A stretch of DNA of 64,000 bases, from the NCBI GenBank assembly GCA_963676395.1, contig OY781066.1, positions 2,240,001 through 2,304,000 of the forward strand, written 5' to 3'. This DNA comes from a bacterium. Lineage in GTDB: Bacteria; Fidelibacterota; Fidelibacteria; Fidelibacterales; Fidelibacteraceae. How positions within the stretch are numbered: position 1 is the stretch's first letter; every line of letters begins with the position of its first letter. The notes beneath the pieces were generated by a model. That model was not told the origin of the DNA and did not search any database. It was given only the letters and a program-made list of their open reading frames with translations. A program made the position numbers and the translations under genes. Positions 38,717 through 47,897 of this stretch are shown piece after piece.

Positions 38717-38822
38717 TAATCCCCGAGCATGGTCGAGGGGATTATCAATAATAACCCCGGGTGAAACCCGGGGTTTTTTATTCCCTTGCATAAATCAACC
38801 CTGAGCGAAGTCGAGGGGTTGA
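38717..38822. repeat. Two REP-like palindromes of the CCC(T/C)GAGC-N-GTCGA(A/G)GGG type
   Basis: taatccccgagcatggtcgaggggatta (38717-38744) and tcaaccctgagcgaagtcgaggggttga (38795-38822). Confidence 0.55.
38753..38779 (+). terminator. Intrinsic terminator after the oxidoreductase operon
   Basis: AACCCCGGG-tgaaa-CCCGGGGTT-TTTT. Confidence 0.75.
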
Positions 38823-38831
38823 CCTTTTCTC

Positions 38832-39003
38832 TTACTTTTCTTTTTCCGCAAAAGAAAAGTAACAAAAGAAAGCTCGCCGCTGCACCTCCTTTGGCTAAAA
38901 ATCTTCTTCACTCGGGAAAGCTTGAGAGGTTCACTTCGTTCACTGCCAAGCTTTTTAATCCCTCGATCATCAGATTTTCTTAACGCGTCGTCTCTGAGGC
39001 GGC
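38832..39003 (+). repeat. ~170-bp structured repeat, copy 1
   Basis: Homologous to the reverse complement of 43122-43294; nested hairpins with compensatory changes. Confidence 0.85.
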
Positions 39004-39437
39004 TTAGAATATGAGATTGGGTAAGTACTTAAAAAATTTATAGCATTAAGGTCACAATTTGTGACCTTAAAAATGCATGAGGTAAGATATAGCGTCTCTC
39101 GCATACAATTGTTTTCTTAAACAAAGACCCCGACGAGGTCTAATAACAGTATAATAGGTGTTTCCTTTCCTTGCCCTTTTTCCACCCGCGTTGAGTTGAA
39201 TTGATTCTAAAATAGTATTTTAAATATACTTTTGTATAGTATGCTTAAACCATTGACAAATTAGCTATGCAACTCAGCGCGGGTGAGGGTTTGGAGGAGG
39301 ATGGTGCTATATTCTTCTTCGATCCCTCCGGGATCATTATTAAGCAATGAACGAAAATTTAAACAATCAAGTTGTTGAATTTTATTTAAATAAATTCTAA
39401 ATTAAATATGTAAAATAATATAATTGGGAGATTCAAG

Positions 39438-40253
39438 ATGAAGAAAATTACATTCACTATTTTTATTGTGTTTACATTGTTTTCATGTACTACTTATTAT
39501 CAAATTTATAATGTTACACCATTCAATGAAATGGAAATTCATGACGATTACATAGTTTTCGAAAATGAAGATTGTAGAGTTTTGTATGATATGTGGGCAG
39601 AAGGTGGAAGTTCGAGTTATATGCTTTTAAATCTAACTGAAGAAAACCTTTACATCCATTTAGATGAATGTTTTTTTGTGCTTAATGATTATGCCTATGA
39701 TTTGTTTAAGGGACGAGAATTTTCAAGTAACTATGATAGATTAATTGCTGCAAGCCAAACTGAAAAATCGACCGCTAATGTAACTGGTTTAAATAACTTC
39801 AAGCTATTACAGACAAATCAACTATCAATTACAAATACACTTTATTCAAGTTTGCAGGTAGGGAAGGAAATTCGATATAAAGAGAAAAAAGTAATTTGTA
39901 TTCCTCCATTTACATATAAAATGATTCCAAGTTATAATATTCAAGATAGAATTATTAAGTACTGTGAAATGGAAGAATATCCTAATGAGAATAAGGGTTC
40001 TACATTAGAATTTACTGATGAAAATACTCCTTTATTATTTGAGAATATTATTTCCTATAGTCTAGATTCAGTAGAGAATTTAAAAAACAAGATAAGAAAT
40101 TCCTTTTATGTAGATGCGATTGAGAATTATCATAAAAATTCCATTTTTGAACCATATGATATTATGGATTGTGGAAAAGTGGTAGAAAGTTCAAAATATA
40201 ATATTATGATGGCTCCTTATAGGTTTTATAATGTTTATGGGGTGGATGAATAA
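39438..40253 (+). CDS. Hypothetical lipoprotein (AT-rich)
   Basis: Lipobox LFSC, GGAG RBS, 271 aa. Confidence 0.75.
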   Translation: MKKITFTIFIVFTLFSCTTYYQIYNVTPFNEMEIHDDYIVFENEDCRVLYDMWAEGGSSSYMLLNLTEENLYIHLDECFFVLNDYAYDLFKGREFSSNYDRLIAASQTEKSTANVTGLNNFKLLQTNQLSITNTLYSSLQVGKEIRYKEKKVICIPPFTYKMIPSYNIQDRIIKYCEMEEYPNENKGSTLEFTDENTPLLFENIISYSLDSVENLKNKIRNSFYVDAIENYHKNSIFEPYDIMDCGKVVESSKYNIMMAPYRFYNVYGVDE

Positions 40254-40306
40254 ATTCGATAATAGTTTGAAATTACAAGTTGTATTTTACTAGCAAGGAG
40301 ATATAT

Positions 40307-40927
40307 ATGGAAGTATTGTCAATAATAAAAGATATTTTACTTGTACTTACAGCGATTATTGCAAATTATATAGGTATAAGGGCATTATTATCGTGGAAGA
40401 AACAGCACAGAGAATTAACTGAATATGATATTGCAAAAAAACTTCTGAAATCAATTTATAGATTGAAAGAAGCAGTAGAAAACTCTAGAGATAGATACAT
40501 ATACTTTCCTCCTCGTTCAAGCTCTGACCCTGAAGAGAGAATTACAGAAACCAAAGAAAAGAGAACATGGAATGGTCTATTTGATTACTATAATCAACGT
40601 ATTAATCAAATAATTAAAACTAAATCAGATGTTAGAGGTAATCTGTTTGAGGCAGAAATAATTTGGAATAAAGAAGTTCGGAATAAAGTAGATCCACTAC
40701 TGAAAATGGCTAATGAATTAATAAATGCTATAGACGATTATGTCGGCGCAAAACATCCAGATACTCATAAGGATTTGAGAGATGAAGTAATAAGGCATAA
40801 CAGACCTCTTGTTTATTCACATAGTAATATTGAAAAAGATGCTTATAGAAAAAATTTCGAACAAACAATTGAAGATATCGAAGAGTATTTGAGACCAAAG
40901 ATAAAGAAATTTCATAATAAAGAATAA
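40307..40927 (+). CDS. Hypothetical protein with N-terminal TM helix (AT-rich)
   Basis: AAGGAG RBS before ATG 40307; helical soluble domain. Confidence 0.75.
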   Translation: MEVLSIIKDILLVLTAIIANYIGIRALLSWKKQHRELTEYDIAKKLLKSIYRLKEAVENSRDRYIYFPPRSSSDPEERITETKEKRTWNGLFDYYNQRINQIIKTKSDVRGNLFEAEIIWNKEVRNKVDPLLKMANELINAIDDYVGAKHPDTHKDLRDEVIRHNRPLVYSHSNIEKDAYRKNFEQTIEDIEEYLRPKIKKFHNKE

Positions 40928-41012
40928 AGTATAGCTCCCTGAACGTGAGAATGGTTGGGGGTAAGATTCTTTGATGATGAAGGATTCCCAAAACAAAATA
41001 CAAAGGAGTAAT

Positions 41013-41759
41013 ATGTCTCAAACGAAAAATAGCATTTTAGGTAGGCAATCTACAGTTCGGAATGCATATATTATCATGATAGTTCTTTCGGTTATTATTA
41101 TTTTAATTGGATTAATACTATCTTCTTTGGTTCCGGATAAATTCAGTACTATCGTTGCGGTGGTGGTCGGGGGTGCTTTTAGCTTTGTTGCCTCTATGGT
41201 AATCCAATTATTTTCCTCAAAAGAACAATATGAAATGATAAGATCAGTTACAATTAATGCAGAGGGTGTTCAATCTTTACCAGATTCTTTTTATAGATTA
41301 AAATGGTTTGCCCATGCAACAAAGTTAGCAAATGAAGACGGGCAACAAGATACTCATTGGCGAATTTCTCCTCTTGTAAAGTCAGGTACATCTGGTCAAA
41401 GGTTTTCCTCGTATACTTTAGATACAAACAATTTAGTTGGTGATAAAATTTCTTATACATTGACGTGTATAGGTTTGCAGGGTTGTGTAATAGGTGTCAT
41501 ATCTAAAGAGAATGAAACAACATCCTCTCTAATTTTAGACACAGCAGTACCAGATGCAGGTGTTTTTTTTGGAGCGGCTTATTTGACAGATTGGGACAGT
41601 GAAAGAGACTTAACATTAATGATCGTAGGCACATCTGAAATTTCAGAATTGGAAGATCTTCCGGAATCAATAAAAAATGCATTTAAACGGTGGTATGGTA
41701 AAATGGACTGGAGAGTAGAAGATGCTTATAAAACCTTTCCATTTAATAATAAAGAATGA
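41013..41759 (+). CDS. Hypothetical protein: two TM helices + beta-rich C-terminal domain
   Basis: AAGGAG RBS before ATG 41013; two hydrophobic helices, then a run of short strands. Confidence 0.72.
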   Translation: MSQTKNSILGRQSTVRNAYIIMIVLSVIIILIGLILSSLVPDKFSTIVAVVVGGAFSFVASMVIQLFSSKEQYEMIRSVTINAEGVQSLPDSFYRLKWFAHATKLANEDGQQDTHWRISPLVKSGTSGQRFSSYTLDTNNLVGDKISYTLTCIGLQGCVIGVISKENETTSSLILDTAVPDAGVFFGAAYLTDWDSERDLTLMIVGTSEISELEDLPESIKNAFKRWYGKMDWRVEDAYKTFPFNNKE

Positions 41760-41949
41760 TAAAATTCCCCTCAACCCTAGATGCTCTAGCCGATCTAAAC
41801 TCTCAGCTCTCAGATGAGGGCAACGAAAAGATCCTCAACTTTGGAGATGATGAGTTAGTAACTCTATCCCATATGTTCATGGGACAACAGCTATAAAAGC
41901 AAGAGTAATATAATGTGTAATTAATTATCATAAATCATTGGAGAAAAAT

Positions 41950-42174
41950 ATGGTAGATTTTAGTTTGGAAGCATCATCAAAAAGAATTTATATTTCAAAA
42001 TCTAAAGAGTATTTCAAAGAAGTTTTAAGTTCATATTTAAATTCAAATTATCGTGCAACTATTGTAACACTTTATTCAGTTTTTATATGTGATGTGGTTT
42101 TTAAACTCCAGCAATTGAGGGATTTGTATAATAATGTGTTTAACGTCAGCCTAAAGTGGACAATAATAAGGTAG
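41950..42174 (+). pseudogene. Probable N-terminal fragment of a longer accessory (HEPN-like?) protein
   Basis: GGAG RBS; KEYFKEVLSSY.N.NYRA.IV.LYSV..CD..FKLQ.L.DLY resembles the start of longer hypothetical proteins but stops after ~74 aa. Confidence 0.45.
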
Positions 42175-42223
42175 GAGTTAAGGGTAGAACAGTGCTAAAC
42201 ACAGGAAAATATTAAGGGAATTT

Positions 42224-42949
42224 ATGAAAACCATCAACACAATCCTCTTCGATCTAGACGCCACCGTCCTTCCCATGGACATGGACACCTTCGTCCAAAA
42301 ATACTTCCATGAAATGGCCATTCATTTTCACGATTTGATTGATGGTCGGGAATTGGCAAAAATAGTTATGACTTGCACAGAGATCATGGTGAAAAACACT
42401 GAAGACCGACGCAATGAGGCCGTCTTTTTTGAGCATTTTGCCAAAATGATCGAGGGTGATGTCAAGGTCTATCAGGATCGTTTCGATACCTTCTACGATA
42501 GCGGCTTTTTAAATGCCGAGGCTGCCACCTTAAAAAATGAGGATATGATCAAGTCGATCAAACTTTTGAAGGGAAAAGGCTATACCTTGGCCCTGGCCAC
42601 CAATCCACTCTTTCCCATGAAAGCCAATCACCATCGCGTGCGCTGGGCGGGTCTGAGTCCGGATGATTTCTCTTACATCTCATCCATAGAAAATAACAAC
42701 TATTGTAAACCCCAGCTCGACTATTACCGCGAGGTGCTGAGCGCCATCGGCAAAACTCCCGACGAATGCATGATGGTCGGCAATGATGCCCTCGAAGACA
42801 TGATCGCCGGTAAACTGGGAATTAAAACCTGGTTGATCGAGGATCACATGCTGAATAAGCATGGAGTGGAAATCCAGGCCGATGAGCGTGGGAGTTATGC
42901 GGATTTCCGTGCTTTCGTTGAAAGAATGCCGTTTATCAGTGGTGAGTGA
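42224..42949 (+). CDS. HAD family hydrolase
   Basis: ILFDLDATVLP, LATNP, CKP, MMVGND..EDM. Confidence 0.9.
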   Translation: MKTINTILFDLDATVLPMDMDTFVQKYFHEMAIHFHDLIDGRELAKIVMTCTEIMVKNTEDRRNEAVFFEHFAKMIEGDVKVYQDRFDTFYDSGFLNAEAATLKNEDMIKSIKLLKGKGYTLALATNPLFPMKANHHRVRWAGLSPDDFSYISSIENNNYCKPQLDYYREVLSAIGKTPDECMMVGNDALEDMIAGKLGIKTWLIEDHMLNKHGVEIQADERGSYADFRAFVERMPFISGE

Positions 42950-43030
42950 TGGGTTGTGAGTGCCCAAGAAAGAGTGTACGAGTCGATTGAGTATTGAGAT
43001 TAAGATTAAGCTAGAATTGAGTATTAAGTT

Positions 43031-43058
43031 GTAGGGAACGGTCGCGACCGTTCCCTAC
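43031..43058. repeat. GTAG-type REP palindrome
   Basis: Perfect 28-bp palindrome gtagggaacggtcgcgaccgttccctac. Confidence 0.75.
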
Positions 43059-43121
43059 GCCATATTGACTAAATTAAAACAGGTATGAAATATCTAAAAT
43101 AACTCAACCACGTATTTTGGG

Positions 43122-43294
43122 GCCGCATCGCGACGACGCGTTAAGAAAATCTGACGAGAGAGGGTTAAAAACCTTTGGTAGTGAAATGAAATGGAACATT
43201 TCAAAGGTTTACCGAAAGAGGAAGATTTTTAGCCTAAGGAGAGCCAGCGGCGAGTTTCTTTTGTTTCTTTTCTTTGACGGGCAAAGAAAAGAAA
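43122..43294 (-). repeat. ~170-bp structured repeat, copy 2 (inverted relative to copy 1)
   Basis: Reverse complement shares caaaagaaa..ctcgccgctg..ggctaaaaatctt..tcagattttcttaacgcgtcgtc..gcggc with 38832-39003. Confidence 0.85.
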
Positions 43295-43306
43295 GGATAT
43301 ATATTC

Positions 43307-43414
43307 TTGATCGAAGATCATTTGCTGAATAAACATGGGGTAGAGGTTGTGGCGGATGAGAAGGGGAGTTATGCGGATTTCCTGCGCTTTGTGGAAAATC
43401 TGCTTGCTAAATAA
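43307..43414 (+). pseudogene. Diverged duplicate of the 3' end of the HAD hydrolase gene
   Basis: Translates LIEDHLLNKHGVEVVADEKGSYADFLRFVENLLAK*, versus LIEDHMLNKHGVEIQADERGSYADFRAFVERMPF at 42833 onward. Confidence 0.85.
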
Positions 43415-44448
43415 GGCTTAATGGTAAAAATGGGGGGCTATTTGGCCAAAAAATGGTCTGTTAATTTAGTTTTCATTTCATCCTTAATTCCAGCATGATT
43501 TCTTAGCTTTGTTTTTAATTCAGTAAAGTTACCTTCCAGTAGATTTGTTGTGTTTGGGATATGTAAATCAGGGTAATCTTGGAAAGTAAAAAGATAAGGT
43601 GTGTTTGTCTTTAGGCTTCGATAAGCACTTCTCAATCTTTTGTGAGTATAATGCCACTTACCCGTAATTGGATTAACCGTTTTTTCTTTCAAATAATTTT
43701 GCCATTTTTTATGCCAATGATCTAATATGAAGATCCAAGATGTTTTATCAATGTTTTTGAGTTGGTATGATATTTCTTTGAGCTCATGGCCGGCCGGTGT
43801 GCGTGGATTCAGTGTTAAATAACGCCTTATGATAGCCTGTTGGTGGAAGTGACACATTTGGATAGGGATTTCTGCAAACGCCTTAAATAAGCCTCTTCTG
43901 CCGTCACAGACGATAGCTTTATTATCCATCCTCTCATCTTTAGCAAACCAATACCTTGTTTGTAAAGATCAATTGTTTCTGTCTTGATGTACCGCCAATC
44001 AAGATTCTTTTTACTATACGCATCTTTAAATACCATGACACCAAAGCCTCGTCTGAAGTAGCTACTATCCATAATGATCACTGTATCTGAAGGTTTGTAA
44101 TCGGGGATAGTGACTTGATGATCTGCTAATTTTGATCGGATTGTTTTAATGCTTAAATGATACTTTTCTGATAACTGTCGTAAGCTTTGCTTGCCTTCAA
44201 AATAATCAACGAAAAGACTGTGAGATATTTTTTTTCTTGGTCTTGATTTGCTGGAGAATCTGTGGTGACAATCGTTGCATTTATAGCTCTGTTTTCCCCT
44301 CTTCTTTCCGTTCTTTTTGGTGCTATTTCCACCACATTTTGGACATCTTTTTAGCCATCTTTTTATTTAAAAAATAAGAAATCTTATTTAATAAACTATA
44401 AATCAATTAATTATAGCGTTTTTAGCCCCCCCTTTTTACCATTAAGCC
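43415..44448 (-). mobile_element. Insertion sequence, IS256-family variant with N-terminal Zn-ribbon transposase
   Basis: 26-bp terminal inverted repeats ggcttaatggtaaaaatggggggcta / tagccccccctttttaccattaagcc; 8-bp direct repeat CTAAATAA at 43407-43414 and 44449-44456. Confidence 0.92.
43438..44358 (-). pseudogene. Transposase (Zn ribbon + HTH + DDE), frameshifted near 43920 and lacking an in-frame ATG
   Basis: CPKC..KKNG..YKCNDC, IIMDSSYF, VCDGRRG, QMCHFHQ, IPNTTNLLEGNF split over two frames. Confidence 0.82.
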
Positions 44449-44781
44449 CTAAATAATAAATAATGATTCTTGCAGATGTACAGGCGGGGCTGGACCCGCC
44501 CTATTGATCAAATGCAAGAATTTCGATCCTGTCAATACCCTTCATTTTTTACGATTCCACGATTAAACGATTCCGCGATTAAACTTTTTTAAAAATAATT
44601 CACAATTTATTAGGAAACCCGCTTTTATAAAGCTATAATGCCATCCTAAGGATATTTTGTATAGAAAAGATAATTTCACACCTATATAAGTTAACAAGAA
44701 TGTTGTCCTGCTGTCATTAGACTCCGTGCGTAAGTTTTATGATAGCTAATATGATTATTACGCATCGATAAAGGAATAGAC

Positions 44782-45051
44782 ATGAACATCTATGTAGGAA
44801 ATTTAAGTTACGACGTCACAGACAATGATTTACGCAACGCTTTTGGCGAATTTGGTAGCGTAAGCAAAGCTAACATTATCATGGACAAAATGACCGGAAA
44901 ATCAAAAGGTTTTGCGTTCATCGAAATGGATAATGATGCTGAAGGTCAAAAAGCCATTGATGAATTGAATGGTGCAGATCTTATGGGTCGTAACCTAAAA
45001 GTAAATCTTGCTCGCCCTCGCGAAGAACGTCCCGCACGTAAAAGCTGGTAA
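44782..45051 (+). CDS. RRM (RNP-1) RNA-binding protein
   Basis: NIYVGNL (RNP2), KSKGFAFIEM (RNP1), GRNLKVN.ARPR. Confidence 0.95.
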   Translation: MNIYVGNLSYDVTDNDLRNAFGEFGSVSKANIIMDKMTGKSKGFAFIEMDNDAEGQKAIDELNGADLMGRNLKVNLARPREERPARKSW

Positions 45052-45056
45052 GCATT

Positions 45057-45082
45057 GTAGAGACGCAAGATCTTGCGTCTAC
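45057..45082. repeat. GTAG-type REP palindrome
   Basis: gtagagacgcaagatcttgcgtctac. Confidence 0.65.
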
Positions 45083-45095
45083 ACAAATTATAATT

Positions 45096-45120
45096 AAGCT
45101 CCCAATTGGGAGCTTTTTTT
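45096..45120 (+). terminator. Intrinsic terminator after the RRM gene
   Basis: AAGCTCCC-aatt-GGGAGCTT followed by T-run. Confidence 0.8.
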
Positions 45121-45273
45121 GTTTATGGGATATTTTTAGTATTAAGATTTAGATTGAGTCGGAAATTATAATAAGACGTAGGGAAGGGCTAGACCCGGCG
45201 GGGATTCCCAAGGGCAGGCTTAGCCCTGTCTCTGCATTTAAATCATCTTATTATAATTTATTTAAAGACAAAC

Positions 45274-45303
45274 AAAAAAAGGCTCTCGAATGAGAGCCTT
45301 TTT
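45274..45303. terminator. Bidirectional intrinsic terminator (end of aminotransferase gene)
   Basis: A7-GGCTCTC-gaat-GAGAGCC-T5. Confidence 0.8.
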
Positions 45304-45318
45304 GAATATAATCAATAA

Positions 45319-46389
45319 TTACAGTTTGCTTGCAAGCATATCCAAGTATTCTTGAAGAACTTCAGGCTTGCGATCTGCCATATGAGCAATACGGAAAGTT
45401 TTACCTTTCAGTGATCCGTATCCATTAGAAAGAAGGTAGCCTTCTTCACCGGCTGCTTTAGCAAGTGCGGCAACATCAATGTCGCGTGTGTTCTTGACGG
45501 TTGTCACAGTGTTTGAACGGTAACCTTCGCCTGCGAGCAGTTCAAAACCATTATCCAAGGCCCATTTGCGTGCTGTTTCGGCCATGGCGGCGTGACGGGC
45601 ATAGCGGGCTTCCTGACCTTCTTCTTCAAGGATATATTTCAATTGAAGATCCAATGCAAACATATGAGGAATACTTGGGGTGGTAGGATATTGATAAGGT
45701 TTGGTTTTAACAAATTTGTGTAAGTTTACATAGTCAAAGTAAAAGCCGCGGTTCGGAATGCCTTTGGCCTTTTCGATAGCTTCTTCTGTAACAGATGCAA
45801 TTGCCATGCCCGGAGGCAGTCCAAGACATTTCTGTGTGGATGTAATACAAACATCAATTCCCAGTTTGTCGACCTCGATCTTAACGCCTCCCATGGATGA
45901 AACGGCATCAACACACCAGATAACATCAGGGTATTTTTTCTTAACTTCCGCAATGGCTTCAACGGGGTTCATAATACCGGTTGACGTTTCATTGTGTGTG
46001 ACACAGAAAAGATCGTATTTGCCCGTTGCAAGATATTCATCTACAACTTCAGGTAGGGTAGGGTTACCCCATTCGACTTCAACTTTGTCTACGGGAATGC
46101 CATTGACTTCAGCAAGCTGTGCCCAACGGTTACCAAAGGCTCCTACTGAAAAAACCAGCGCACGTTTTGCCGTAAAACAGCGAACGGCACCTTCCATCAT
46201 ACCTGTACCTGAGGAGGATGATAGCAAAATTGTGTTATCGGTGTAAAACAATTTCTGAAGATTCAGCGAGATACGTTCCTGTAAAGCTGAAATGTCTTTG
46301 GTACGGTGACCGATCATCGGTGTTGCAAAGGCGTCCAGGACTTCCTGTCTTACATCGACCGGGCCCGGAATAAAAAGCTTTTTAGCCAT
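45319..46389 (-). CDS. Class V PLP aminotransferase (alanine-glyoxylate / serine-pyruvate family)
   Basis: LFIPGP, IGHR, SSGTG.ME, HNETSTG, VDAVSS, STQKCLGLPPG, FRIAHM; probable start 46389. Confidence 0.92.
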   Translation of the reverse strand: MAKKLFIPGPVDVRQEVLDAFATPMIGHRTKDISALQERISLNLQKLFYTDNTILLSSSSGTGMMEGAVRCFTAKRALVFSVGAFGNRWAQLAEVNGIPVDKVEVEWGNPTLPEVVDEYLATGKYDLFCVTHNETSTGIMNPVEAIAEVKKKYPDVIWCVDAVSSMGGVKIEVDKLGIDVCITSTQKCLGLPPGMAIASVTEEAIEKAKGIPNRGFYFDYVNLHKFVKTKPYQYPTTPSIPHMFALDLQLKYILEEEGQEARYARHAAMAETARKWALDNGFELLAGEGYRSNTVTTVKNTRDIDVAALAKAAGEEGYLLSNGYGSLKGKTFRIAHMADRKPEVLQEYLDMLASKL

Positions 46390-46650
46390 GGTTGTTCCCT
46401 TTCTGTTTAATGTTTTAACCACAAACAATTATACGAATAATAATTGTTTCTATCAATAGTAATTCGATAAAAATGCAAAAAAGATAACAATTAACAATTA
46501 GAAGAAAGATAATGCAAATGAATGTTCGGTATCAGGTGCTTGAGAATCAGTAACTTGTGTAATCTTCGTAAATGAAATTAGACAGGCTTTATATTATTTC
46601 AAAGGAGAAAATTTATTTGGTAAAGGGAATGGTTCCTTACATGACAAGCG

Positions 46651-47223
46651 CTAGACAGATTTTAATATTAACTCGTCGAGTTTTCGCTTTGGAACATGGT
46701 GCACAGAGGCATCATCCCGATAATAATTAATATCTTCCTTTATGTCTTCGATCACGATCTTTTCCCCGGGCGTGCCCAGAGCGATAGCGATGGATATCTC
46801 GTAGTTCTCATCAATATTAAAAAGCTCACGGACCGCTTTTCGTTTGACGGAACCGAGAATGCATCCGCCAAAACCATTCGCAACAGCGCTAAGCAGAATA
46901 CTTTGCGCGGCAATACCAACATCCATCAGCTCAAATTGAGACGGATTTTTGGGTGTAAGGATCAAGATGTAAGATGTGGGACGTTCGTTTATAGCGGGAC
47001 CGGGCCAGTTTTTTAAAGCACCCGCCCAAGCTGTGTTGATAAATAGATCATCGCAGGCTTGCTTGGAGCTAACCAGGATAAAGCGAAGCACCTGAGCGTT
47101 GCGTGCGGAAGGGGAGAGGCGGGCAGAATTGACCAGATCACGCAGAGCTTGATCATTTAGCACGGGGGTCTGCTTAAAACGACGAAAAGAACGATTGGAT
47201 TCGAGAAGGTCTTTGATGTTCAT
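46651..47223 (-). CDS. Nitroreductase family protein
   Basis: NRSFRRF, ARLSPSARNAQ, DVGIAAQSILL, GFGGC, HHVPKR. Confidence 0.9.
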   Translation of the reverse strand: MNIKDLLESNRSFRRFKQTPVLNDQALRDLVNSARLSPSARNAQVLRFILVSSKQACDDLFINTAWAGALKNWPGPAINERPTSYILILTPKNPSQFELMDVGIAAQSILLSAVANGFGGCILGSVKRKAVRELFNIDENYEISIAIALGTPGEKIVIEDIKEDINYYRDDASVHHVPKRKLDELILKSV

Positions 47224-47300
47224 ATGTCCTCCTAATGATCATAGATTTATGAATCCCGATTCTTGATTTGAAATTTTACAATTTGAAGTCTGGATTTTCT

Positions 47301-47897
47301 TTATTTATTCATCTGTAAAAATCGACGAATGATCTCTTCCGTCGATAATTTCTCATCTTTTTTTACATGTTTATCAAGCACGGTTTGTACCTGGGATTTT
47401 TTATAGCCCAAGGCTACCAGCGCCAAAACGGCATCCTTGATATGTTGTGCAAGCGGAGAATCTTGTGACATCCCGGTGATTTGTGTGACTTCATCATCGC
47501 TGATCTTATCTTTTAATTCAAGAATGATTCGGCGCGCTGTTTTATCGCCAACGCCGGGGGCGCGTTTTACGGCTGCAACATCACCCTGAAGTATAAATTC
47601 CATCAGTTGGTCATAACGGATGCCCGAAAGGATGTTTATGGCCTGTTTAGGGCCTATACCGGAAAGTGAGATCAGTTTATCGAACATTTTACGTTCTTTG
47701 GACTCTATAAAGCCGTATAGCTGCAAGATATCTTGTCGGATATGCAAATAGGTGTGGATCTTACAATCGCTTCCTACAGAGCCTAATTTTTCGTATGTAT
47801 ACAGCGAAATTGTACATTCGTAACCTATGTTGTTCACATTCAGAACAAGAAGGTTGGGTTCTTTGGTTTCGATCTTACCGTGGAGAAAGTGTATCAT
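47301..47897 (-). CDS. ruvA: Holliday junction branch migration protein RuvA
   Basis: VNNIGYE, LYGF, SGIGPK.A, PGVGDKTARRIILELK, ALVALGY. Confidence 0.95.
   Translation of the reverse strand: MIHFLHGKIETKEPNLLVLNVNNIGYECTISLYTYEKLGSVGSDCKIHTYLHIRQDILQLYGFIESKERKMFDKLISLSGIGPKQAINILSGIRYDQLMEFILQGDVAAVKRAPGVGDKTARRIILELKDKISDDEVTQITGMSQDSPLAQHIKDAVLALVALGYKKSQVQTVLDKHVKKDEKLSTEEIIRRFLQMNK

Noticed and set aside
38786..38983. 65-aa ORF (and the 71-aa ORF at 43117-43332) as real genes
   Set aside because: They run across the non-coding structured repeats, lack RBS and ATG starts, and are on opposite strands of the same element
39400..42200. Classical integron cassette array
   Set aside because: No integron integrase and no RYYYAAC..GTTRRRY attC sites recognised
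42833..43414. Template/variable repeat pair of a diversity-generating retroelement
   Set aside because: Differences are not adenine-specific and many are synonymous; no reverse transcriptase in the window
44153..44335. 60-aa ORF as a separate IS gene
   Set aside because: Out-of-frame shadow of the transposase Zn-ribbon/HTH region
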